From: Heterodontus francisci
Lineage: Eukaryota
Direction of reading: 5' to 3'
Length of the DNA: 64,000 bases
NCBI RefSeq assembly: GCF_036365525.1
Contig: NC_090399.1
Coordinates: forward strand, 32,024,430-32,088,429
Of the stretch, positions 36,435-47,082 are shown piece by piece. Below the pieces are notes generated by a model. The model was not told the DNA's origin, ran no database searches, and was given only the letters and a program-made list of their open reading frames with translations. The stretch's first letter is position 1. Every line of letters starts with the position of its first letter. The translations under genes and the position numbers were made by a program.

Positions 36435-39400
36435 CTTTAAGGCAACAAGTTCCAGGGACTATGAGTCAAAGAATGCATTCTGATTGCCGTAGGATGCAGC
36501 CACTCAGAGACGGAGATTAAATATATATTGTTGCCAACTGACATTTGAAACTAGCTGAAAAACTGACTTTTGAGACACAGTTAAATGACACACAGATATA
36601 CGAACATAAGAACTGACGAATTAAGAGCAGGAGTAGGCCACTCGACCCCTCGAGCCTGCTCCTGCCATTCAGTAAGTTCATGGCTGAACTGATTACTCCA
36701 CATTTCCACCTACCCCGATAACCTTCCATCTCCTTGCTTATTAAGAATCTATCTACCTCTGCCTTAAAAATATTCAAAGACTTTGCCTCCACCGCCTTTT
36801 GAGGAAGAGAATTCCAAAGACTCACGATGCTCAGAAAAAAAATTCTCCTCATCTGTCTTAAAAGGGTGACCCCTTATTTTTAAACAGTGACCCCTTGTTC
36901 TGGATTCTCCCACAAGGGAGAACATCTTTTCCACATCCACCCTGTCAGGACCCCTCAGGATCTTATATGTTTCAATCAGACAGCTGGATTAGCATGTACC
37001 TAACAGAGGTCTGTGATAGTTTAAACTGAAGGATGGTGAATTTTAGGCTGATCACTTTTTCACCCCTCAAAATTCTAAAGCCAAGTTGATTCTTGAAAAG
37101 TGTTTGCAAATTGTTAACTGCTGAATTCATTGCTGGAAAAGAAAAGCATTGTTTCAACTGCAACTAGACTACTGACTGTCCTACTAATGAAGAACCTTTT
37201 TTTAATCCCCAGAGAGCTGTGAGGTCTTCAAGCAACCTTTGACTGTTCCACATTGGAAGATTCCACTTCTGCAGGAGTGGAAATCTGCAAGGTCACTAAT
37301 GTTTCTATTTTAAATGTTGTTTATATCTTAGTAGTGTTTAAGAATTTAGGTTTTCAAATTAAACAGTTATTTGTTGATCTAAAGACACCTGGTTTAGTTC
37401 GACTCATTCAGGTGTTAATGGATGGTACAATCTGGCTGTGGTTTTCTTTAATTTGGAAAGTTTAAAATGATATGTTTGGTGATCTGTGGAGGGGTGGGAC
37501 TGAATCAACAGTGTGTTTCTCCCACCACAATCAGAATCATATTTTGATTGGGGGCTTTGTCTTGAGCAGTCGGTCATAACATACTAATTGGGGGCTCGTC
37601 CGGGATTGAATCATATTTTAATTAAGCGGCTCACGTCTGGGATTAGATTCAGACTAATTTGAAGTGCTCGCATTTGGAGTCATATTAATTACTCATTTCT
37701 GGGATAACATATTTAAATTGGGGTCTTGCGTTTGGCATCATATTTAATTGCTCTCGTATCTGGGATCATAGCAATTGGAAATTTGATTGTTGGGATCTAA
37801 ATCTAACATCAATTACAAAGAAATAAAAGAACCAGGCCTCTTGTATAATAAAGGTATAGTCTATACCATTGTAAAGGCATTAGTCATGGCAGCAGAAAAG
37901 CAGAATGTTTTCCTGAGTGCCTTGATAACTTTAAGAAAAAATTAAAAGAATTGGCAGCGAAATTGGGGTTGGATTTGAAATTAGGCGACAAAAAGCAGAG
38001 ATAATTGATATAATAGCCAAACATCTGGAACTAGTAGAAGATGATGAAGATGAAGGGCAATACGGGGAACAAGAAAGGGAATATGAGAGAGAAGAAAGAA
38101 GTAGGTCCGAGAGTGATGCAGTGGTATTGGCTAGGATTCAGTTAGAAATAAAAAAAACTTGAGGCAGAAAAAGAATTAAGAAAAGTTGAACAAGAGAAAG
38201 AAACATCAATAGCACTGGAAAGACTTAAGCTTGAATTCCACAAAGAGAAAAGGGAGAAAAAGAAGGAATTTAAGTTAAAAGAGATGGAAATAAGACAACG
38301 ATGTACTCTTAATTCCGGGATAATTCGGGTCAAGAAGAATCTGAATTTAGCTCAGAACCGAGTGAAAGGTTGTTTAAATTTATACAGGCTCTTCCTATGT
38401 TTGAGGAAAGGGACGTAGAGGCATTTTTCATATCTTTTGAAAAAATAGCCAGACAGATGAAATGGCTGAAAGCAAGCTGGACACTGCTTATGCAGGGCAG
38501 GTTGGTAGGCACAGCTCATGAAACTTATGCCATGCTTCCTGAAGAGGCTTCTGTAGATTATGAGATGGCAAAAAAGGCTATTCTCTCTGCGTATGAGTTA
38601 GTCCCTGAAGCTTACCGTCAGAAGTTTAGGAACTTAAGGCAATTGGCTGGTCAGACGTATTTAGAATTTGAGAGGGTGAATTTGAGAGGGTGAAGCAAAT
38701 TACTTTTGACCATTGGATACGGGCATTAAAGATGGAAACCACATGAGAACCTTTGAGAATTGATGCTCTTAGAAGAGTTTAAAAACTCCATTCCTTCAGT
38801 TCTGAGAACTCATATAGATAACCTGAAAGTTTTGAAAACTAGGCAAACAGCAGAGATTGCTGATGATTTTGAGCTTTTGAATATTTTGTCCGTCACCCCC
38901 ATAAACCAGAGAAGGATAGAAAGTGGGAGAGTGAAAGGAAGGCAAGTAGCCGGGGACAAGAAGGAACAGCTGGGAATGCCCCAGGATCATCTCCTCAGGT
39001 CAGAAAGGAATGGGCTGAGGGTAGAAGTGAGGTTCACAAGCCAAAGTGTTATCTTTGCCAAAAAGAAATGGACCATCTTCATTCAGAGTGCTGGAAATTG
39101 CGAGGTAAACCCATCGGACTTGTTGGGGTATGCAAAGCTAGTACAAAGGAAAAGACTCTGACTGACAGTATAGCAGACCAGGCTATAGATTTACCGACAG
39201 CTATGAAACAAGATACTAAAACTAAAAGAAGTGGAGAGGTTAATAATAAAATACCTGATAGTTATAATTAATTTTTGTCAAAGGGAAGAGTAACTTCATA
39301 TCCTGTAAGTGAGGCAGGAGCAACCCAAATACTCTTGCGGGGAAAGATATAAGGTTTCCACCAGAGAGCGTCTTTAATGCTAAAGTCTTAGTAAATGGAA

Positions 39401-40445
39401 TTAGCGGGGTGTGTATACCCATTCCTTCGTATAAAGTATGCTTAGAGAGTGACTTAATATGTAATAGTAACTGTAGGTGTTGTCCACAGTTTCCCAGTAA
39501 AGGGAATTGATCTACTCCTAGGAAATGATTTGGCTAGATCGAAAATCAGTTTCTCCTATCATTACAGAGGAACCAAGTGAAATTAAGGAAACAGAGCAAT
39601 TACAGGAACAAGTTCCGGGAATATTTCCTGCGTGTGTAGTCACCCGAGCAATGGCTAAACAGGATCCATTGTTGGAGGTAAAAGGGGCACGAAAAATAGA
39701 TAGCCAAGTATCTGAAACCTTATTTGGGAATTTAGATAATCCAAATGAGATGTTTAACAGATCATCTACCATTGCTGTACAGCAAGCTGATCCAGAGATA
39801 TACTGAAATAGCACAGATGGAAAGGAGTTCCGGAAGGCTTTTATATGGCAAATGGGGTTTTGAGGAGGAAAGGGTGACCGCCTCATAGACCTGCCGTGAA
39901 GACTGGACAGTTGCTGAACAGATAGTCGTACCACCTAAATATCAACAAGAATTATTAAGGTTAGCACACGACATTCCTTTTGCAGGACATAGGGGAATTC
40001 AGAAGACCAAATCATGCTTATGCCAACATTACTGGCCAGGTCTTAGAAAGGATGCGAGACAATTTTATAGGACATGCCATACCTGTCAAATGGTGGGAAA
40101 ACCACAACCTGCCATAAAAACAGGGGATGAAGTATTAGTGTAGTTACCATTACAGGGAGAACCACGAAAAGCACAGTTCAGTGGCTCATGCAGAGTGATC
40201 AAAAGTGTGGGTAAGGTAGATTACTTGATTGACACCCCTGATTGGCAGAAGAAGAACCAGCTGTGTCACATCAATACGCTCAAGCATTATCACTGCAGGG
40301 AGGAGGATAAGCCAGTACAGGTGTGTCTGGTAATCGGGACTGTTAAGAAAGAAAAAGGATAGTGAGGATGAGGCAGAAGCAGGCCTAGGAAATTCTCAGA
40401 ACCTCCAACTATCCAATTAGCGAATACGGAATGGCTAGGAAAATT
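36435..40445 (+). mobile_element. Second Gmr1-like Gypsy subfamily, decayed; 5' LTR (starting about 26328, ending about 37581) split by nested insertions; tRNA-Pro PBS
   Basis: TGGGGGCTCGTCCGGGAT at 37589-37606; gag FIQALPMFEERDVEAFFISFEK...EAYRQKFR; H2C2 AHDIPFAGH; CR1 fragment inserted at about 36600-36975. Confidence 0.8.
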
Positions 40446-40454
40446 AAACAGGTT

Positions 40455-41770
40455 GTATCTCCGACTCTTCCCTTCCCTGACTTCTCAGCCTACATCCAGG
40501 AATGGTGACAATCAACCAATATTCACCATACGCCCACTGACCCCTTCAGCTAACTTGACTACTCTTAATCTCACTCAGCTTCCTGTAAGGACTGCATTCC
40601 ATTCCCCCAGTTTCTCCATCTCCATCACATCTGTTCTGATGATACAACCTTTCATACCAGCCTGCCGATATGTCTTCCTTTTCCCTCAATCGAGAAGTCC
40701 CCCCTTCATGGTTGACAGGGCCCTTGACCATGTCTGTCCCATTTCCCGCACTTCTGCCCTCACCCCGTACCCTCCCCCCTAGAACCAGAATAAAGTTCCC
40801 CTTGTCCTCACCTTCCACCCTACTAGCCTCCATATTCAATGGATCATCCTCCACAATTTTAGCCAGCTCCAGCGTGATGCTACCACCAAACACATCTTTC
40901 CCTCCCCTTTCAACAATCCAAAGGGACCGTTACCTCCGTGACACCCTGGTCCACTCCTCAATCACCCCCAACGCACAGTCTCCTTCACATGCTGCCTTCC
41001 CATGCAAGTGCAGGAGAAGCAACACCTGCCCTTTTACCTCCTCTCCCCTCACTATCCAAGGCCCCAAACACTTTCCAGGTGAAACGGTGACTTACTTTCA
41101 ATTTAGTCTCCTGTAATCATTGCTCATGATGCGGTCTGCTCTATATTTGGGAGGTCAAATGCAGATTGGGTGACTGCTTTGAGGAACACCTCTGTTCAAT
41201 CTTCAAGGAGGAATCCGAGTTTCTGGTGGCCTACCATTTTAATTTTCTACTTTGATCCCACGCTGACCTCTCCTGTCCTTGGCCTTCAATGAAGCTCAAT
41301 TTAAGCTTGAGGAACAGCACCTCATCTTTCAATTTAGGCACTTTACAGCCTTCTGGACTCAACACAGAGTTCAACAATTTCAGATTGTAATCTCTGCCCC
41401 CTTTTTGTTTCCTTTTCTTTTGCAGGTTTTGATTTTAACTCGGTTTCCTCTTGTTTTTGCTTTCGGATAGCAGCTTTTCATGAATCTGCCATTTACACCA
41501 CCTTTAGATACATCTTTTGTTTTTTACTTGTCCCATTACCATTCCCTTTGGACTTGCACCATCAACCCCTTCATCATTTAATCTCTCCTGCCCTCCACCT
41601 TCCGTTTTATTCTTTTCCCACCCTCACCCCTTTCACTTGCTTAAAACCTTATTACATTTCTAACTTTTGCCAGTTCTGATAAAAGCTCATCGACTGGAAA
41701 CGTTAACTCTGTTTCTCTCTCCACAGATACTGCCTGACCTGCTGAGTATTTCCAGCATTTTCTGTTTTTA
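40455..41770 (+). mobile_element. Penelope-like retroelement 3' part (RT C-terminus, GIY-YIG endonuclease remnant, terminal repeat)
   Basis: FPCKCRRSNTCP; tgcggtctgctctatatttggg (CGLLYIG-like); terminus with a degenerate hammerhead at about 41671-41709. Confidence 0.75.
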
Positions 41771-41924
41771 CCAGAGCACTTCTCCTTGCTCAGTGGATAA
41801 TGGAGTCTGAGGGAGACGGTAGCAGGCTCGGTACTGGGGCTGGAGAGGGAGAGACCATGTTGGGAGCAGGGTATGGACAGTGGACTGAGAGACAGGGACA
41901 TGGGGCAGGAGAGATGGAGAGAGA

Positions 41925-43130
41925 AGAACATAAGAACAGGAGTGGGGTATTCAGCCCCTTGAGCCTGTTCCACTATTCAATTAGATCATGGTCGTTCTGT
42001 ATCTCAACTCTATTTTCCCACATTTGCTCCATATCCCTCGAGACACTGACTCAACAAAAGTCTATCTCAGCTCTGAAAGCTTCAATTGATCCCCTGCATC
42101 CACGGCCTTTTGGGGGAGAGAGTTCTAGGTTTCCACTGCTCTTTATGTGAAGTGGCAGCACAGTGGTTAGCACTGCAGCCTCGCAGCTCCAGCGACCCGG
42201 GTTCAGTTCTGGCTACTGCCTGTGCGGAGTTTGCAAGTTCTCCCTGTGACCACGTGGGTTTCCGCCGGGTGCTCCGGTTTCCTCCCACAGCCAAAGACTT
42301 GCAGGTTGATAGGTAAATTGGCCATTATAAATTGCCCCTAGTGTAGGTAGGGGATTCATGTAGGATTAGTATAAATGGGTGGTTGTTGGTCAGCACAGAC
42401 TTGGTGGGCCAAAGGGCCTGTTTCAGTGCTGTATCTCTTTAAAGAAAAAGTGCTTCCTGATTTCACTCCTGAACAGTCTGGCTCTAATTTTAAGATTATG
42501 TCTCCTCGTTCTTGATTCCCCCATTAGGGGAAATCGTTTCTTCATATTGATTCTATCACATCCTTGTAACATTTTAAACACCTCGATCACATCACCTTCA
42601 ATCTTCCATAATGGAGAAAATACAAGCCGGTTCTAAGCAACCGGTCCTCATAATTTAACCCTGTAAATCCCAGGATCATTCTGGCAAGTCTGTGTTGCTC
42701 CCCCTCCAAGGCCAATCTATCCTTCCTGAGGTCCGGAGCCCAGAACTGAACACAGTTACTCCAGATGGAGTCTGACTAGAGCTTTATAGAAACTGGAACA
42801 TAACTTTCACCCCTTTGTATTACAGTCCCCTCGAGATAAAGCCCAGCTTTCCAAACCCTTTATTGTCCCTGTCCACTGGTCTGTAATGATTTCTCCATTT
42901 GCTCTCCCCAGGTCTGAGTTTCCCACCAGATGGAAAATATTCCCATTTATCTTTCTTCGTACCAAAGTAGATAATCTCATATTTCCCACAGTGAACTCCA
43001 TCTGCCATAGTTTTGCCCATTCATTTAATCTGTCAGTGTCTTTGTAAAGTCCTGCCTCCTGTCCACACAATTTACTGAGCCACCCGACTCGGTGTTGACA
43101 GAAAACTTTGATATAAAATTCTCTGGGTTA
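41925..43130 (-). mobile_element. CR1 LINE 3' fragment with a nested HE1 SINE (about 42155-42440, +)
   Basis: DRLNEWAKLWQMEF motif; SINE core. Confidence 0.75.
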
Positions 43131-43789
43131 AATTCAGGAGCTCCCCCACCTCGCACAGTGTTAACAGTCTGCACTCGAATGCTGAGCTCGGGCGAGCTCC
43201 AGATTTTGGGTCTCAGACCTCACCGTACTGTAGATGGTACTGCAGGAGGAGGCCACACAGATTACAACAACAATTTTTAAAAATTAAAAACAGGAAGTGT
43301 TGGAAATACTCAGCAGGTCTGGCAGCATCTGTGGAGGGAGAAGCAGAGTTAACGTTTCATCAGAACTATATTTTCTTTATTCGTTTTCATGGGATGTGGG
43401 CGTCGTTGACTAAGCCAGCATTTATTGCCCATACCTAATTGCCCTTCCAAAGTGGTGGTCAGCTGCCCTCTAGAACCACTGCACTCCATAGGGTTTAGCT
43501 ACAACAAGAGTGCTGTTAGGAAGAGAGTTCCAGGATTTTGACCCAGTGACACAGTGAAGGAACGGCAATTTGTATTTATATAGCATCTTTAATGTAATGA
43601 AAGATTAATGCCCCAAATTCCAGATAATGAATTGGGTTGGATTGTGGGGGGACTGGAGGGGGAATGAGTGAGACACGGAGTTCATAGTGTCCCGATCGGG
43701 GCTCATTGTGAGATCGGGGTGAGAGATCATGGACTTCAAGAGCACTGTTGGGGTTTGGGGAGGGAGATTGGGGCATATTGACACCTTAA

Positions 43790-44281
43790 TCTCTCTGTGG
43801 GGTTGGGGTTGTGTGGTTGGTGTTTTGGGGGTTCATGTTCTGATGTCTCTCTCTCTCTCTCTGGGGTTGGTGTTTTTTGGGTTCATGCCCCGATGTTTCT
43901 CTGTATAGGGTTGGTGTTTTGGGGTTCATGCCCTAATGTCTGTGTGTGTTTGTGTGTGTGGATGTTTTGGGGTTCATGTCCAAATGTCTCTCTCTGTATA
44001 GGGTTGGTGTTTTGGGATTCATGCCTTGATGTCTCTCTCTGTGTGGATTTGGTGTTTTGGGTTGATGTCCTGATGTCTCTCTCCGTGTGGGTTGTTGTTT
44101 TAGTGTTCTTACCCTGATGTCTCTCCGTGTGGGTTGTTGTTTTAGTGTTCTTACCCTGATGTCTCTCTGTGTGGGTTGTTGTTTTAGTGTTCTTACCCTG
44201 ATGTCTCTCCGTGTGGGTTGTTGTTTTAGTGTTCTTACCCTGATGTCTCTCTGTGTGGATTTGGTGTTTTGTGATTCATGC
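43790..44281. repeat. ~41-44-bp GT-rich minisatellite in the presumed MHC-I intron 1
   Basis: Unit ccctgatgtctctctgtgtgggttgttgttttagtgttctta; the same motif resumes at 46038 after the LTR insertion. Confidence 0.85.
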
Positions 44282-46037
44282 TGTTAGGCAAACAACCCAC
44301 AAGAGGGCAGGTTAAAGGAAGTATGGGAAGAATCCTGGATGAAAATCCCTGCCACCCAGTCAACCAACCCATAAAAGTGTGAAAAGTTAGACCCCACATC
44401 CTGCTATGTAAATGCAGACTCTAGAAGCACCCCACCAGAGTTGCTAACAGCATTTACAGGAATCTGCAGAGACGAAGAGAGACCTCCAGGGGGCCGGGAA
44501 ACTGTGAGGGTGATGCCTCACCGAGTCGAAGTGTCACAGCAGAATGCAGTTAAGTCTGCACCAAACCTGCAGGTAGGAGTTTCCCAGGGAAGAAAGGGGA
44601 GAGTAACAAAGACTTCTCCCCCACAGTCAGAGGAAAAGGGAAACATCCATTTCCTGAAGCCAAAGGATAAAGGAACCACCCATCCACTGACGTCAAAAGT
44701 CTTTGTAAAGCAGCCCTGGCACCCAGAACAGACCATTGTTGATAAGCTTAAGACTGGTGAAGGAATAAAAATGAATGAGAGAAATGTCTGGTCTTCTTTC
44801 TGTATCTTCTATTTCTCTCAAACTCTAATGAAATGCAATTTTTTTTTTCAAATCACATTTCATTCCCCTGGGTGTGGAGGTGTCAGGCAAACACCCTACC
44901 TGCCAAGACTGAGGCACACATTATTTCACCACATGAACATTAAAACTTAAAATTGCAAGCCCTGGCTGGAAGGACATTGACATACTACCAGCCAATGTTG
45001 AAAGTGGCACAGTGGTTAGCACCGCAGCCTCACAGCTCCAGCAACCCGGGTTCAATTCTGGGTACTGCCTGTGTGGAGTTTGCAAGTTCTCCCTGTGCCT
45101 GCGTGGGTTTCCTCCGGGTGCTCTGGTTTCCTCCCACATGCAAAAGACTTGCAGGTTGATAGGTAAATTGGCCATTATAAATTGCCCCTAGTATAGGTAG
45201 GTGGTAGGGTGATATAGGGACAGGTGGGGATGTGGTAGGAATATGGAATGAGTGTAGGATTAGTATAAATGGGTGGTTGATGGTCGGCACAGACTCGGTG
45301 GGCTGAAGGGCCTGTTTCAGTGCTGTATCTCTAAATAACAAATAAATAAAATGGGGCCCCAGCAGTTGCCTCCCCAATAAACAGAAGTGGTCAAACCAGT
45401 TTTAGCCACATGACTGGCTGGCTGGAGTTTTTGAATTTGAACTTCCAACAAAGGATTGGAACAGACAAAGCCTTGTGCTCATGGAGTAAAAATCTCTCCT
45501 AGAACTGCAGCAAGAATTACAGCCTCTCCTGTCTGCCTGCTCATCTCTCAAGGAACTGAAATCACTGAAGACACAAAAGCTCAGAGAGAGAAATGGTTTC
45601 CTACACGAACAAGGTTTTAAGAAGACTACTGGGCCCCAATGAAATTCAAGACCATATAGTCTATCAAGGACTACAGTGAGCCCAAGAAACAGTAACAAGA
45701 TATTGCCTCAAACTATCATACTTACCTTTTCCTCTGCCTTTTTCTGTCCCTATCTGCATATTTATCTCACATGTGCATGCTAACGGTGGGCGCATCGTGT
45801 ATCCACGGCATGAACTGTATTAGAGTAAGTTAAGGTTCAACATATTTCATATTTTTGCTTTAAACCAAAGTAAGCCTGTTTGTGCTCATTTCTTTGTTTT
45901 ATAATTGGAAACTGTGAACAAGGATTCATAAAAAGGGGAGCTGAAAACATAGTGTGTTTAAAATTAAACCCTGTTACACTCAGACCTGGTAGAGACAGCA
46001 CAAGACCCCTAGACACATAGCTCACCTGGTTGTAACA
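44282..46037 (+). mobile_element. 3' fragment and LTR (44881-46037) of a Gmr1-like element, with a nested SINE (about 45003-45350)
   Basis: Homologous to about 23850-25498; LTR tgtca...tgtaaca. Confidence 0.8.
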
Positions 46038-46072
46038 ATGCCCTGATGTCTCTCTCTCTCTCTATGTTTCAG

Positions 46073-46327
46073 GCTCTCCCTCTCTCCGGTATTTCCTCAC
46101 CTCTATGGCTCCGATTCCCAGAGTGTGTGGCTGTTGGTTATGTGGACAATGGACAGTTTGGTGTGCACGACAGCGCTCGGAAGGAGCTGATTCCCGGGGG
46201 AGCGTTGGATGGTGGAGAGCGAGGGGCCTGAGACCTGGGCTGCGGAAGACGGAGCTCTCACGGAGGCAGGAGCTGCATTCTAAAACCCATCTTCCGATGC
46301 TCATGTCCCGGTCCAACTGGTCAAGCG
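46073..46327 (+). pseudogene. MHC class I-like alpha1 exon with internal frameshifts
   Basis: tttcag|GC...AGC G|gtgagt; (G)SPSLRYFLTSMAPIP / PECVAVGYVDNGQFGVHDSARKELIP / ERWMVESEGPETW / LRKTELSRRQELHSKTHLPMLMSRSNWSS (N86-type sequon). Confidence 0.88.
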
Positions 46328-46670
46328 GTGAGTCCTCATCCTCCCACCTCGCTTGGCCTCTTTCTTTGGGCTGAGGGATCCGCGAGAGAATGAGGAGACG
46401 CCTGGAGTGGAATGGAATCCGGGAGCCAAGGTTCCCAAGAATAGTAGCTTAGTCTCCCAGAGCAGAGGCTGCAGCCAATAGCGAGGGACCTTACATCGGT
46501 CCTTGAAGGATTAATCCAAAGCCTTGGAAGTGGAGGGTCTTTTAAATCTCGAGTTCGGTTCCCGGGCTTCTTTAAATACCCTCAGCTCCCCAGGTGATGA
46601 GTGACATGTTGTGTGGGCGGGGTTTCCCAATGGTACAGTGTCTGATTGGCTGTGTGTGTCTGATTGACAG

Positions 46671-46939
46671 GGATCCACACGTACCAGATGCTGATCGGCT
46701 GTGACTTGCGGGACGATGGGACCAGGACTGGGTTTGTCCAGAGGGGATGGGACGGACGAGACTTCATGAGCTTTGACAGGGATCACAAGGTGTGGGTGAC
46801 ACCGGTTCCATGGGCGGAGAGCATCCAAAACAGGTGGAACCAGGATAAAGTTGACAACCTGCGGTGTGAACATTACTTGGAGGAGAAATGTATTGAGTGG
46901 CTGAGTACCTGCAGTACGGAGAGCGAGAACTGACAGTCG
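46671..46939 (+). pseudogene. MHC class I-like alpha2 exon with a 4-nt deletion near its end
   Basis: gacag|GG...GTC G|gtgagt; GIHTYQMLIGCDLRDDGTRTGFVQRGWDGRDFMSFDRDHKVWVTPVPWAESIQNRWNQDKVDNLRCEHYLEEKCIEWL / YLQYGERELTV; both disulfide cysteines present. Confidence 0.93.
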
Positions 46940-47082
46940 GTGAGTTTGGGGGGGGGGTGGGGGAACAGAGTCGGCTGGCGCGGGGCGGGTGGCAGGACTG
47001 TGATTCACCGAGTACGGGGCGGAGCGGGGCTGCGAGCCGCTGTGCGTGGGGTGGGAAGTGGGACTGTTACTCGGTGAGAGCG

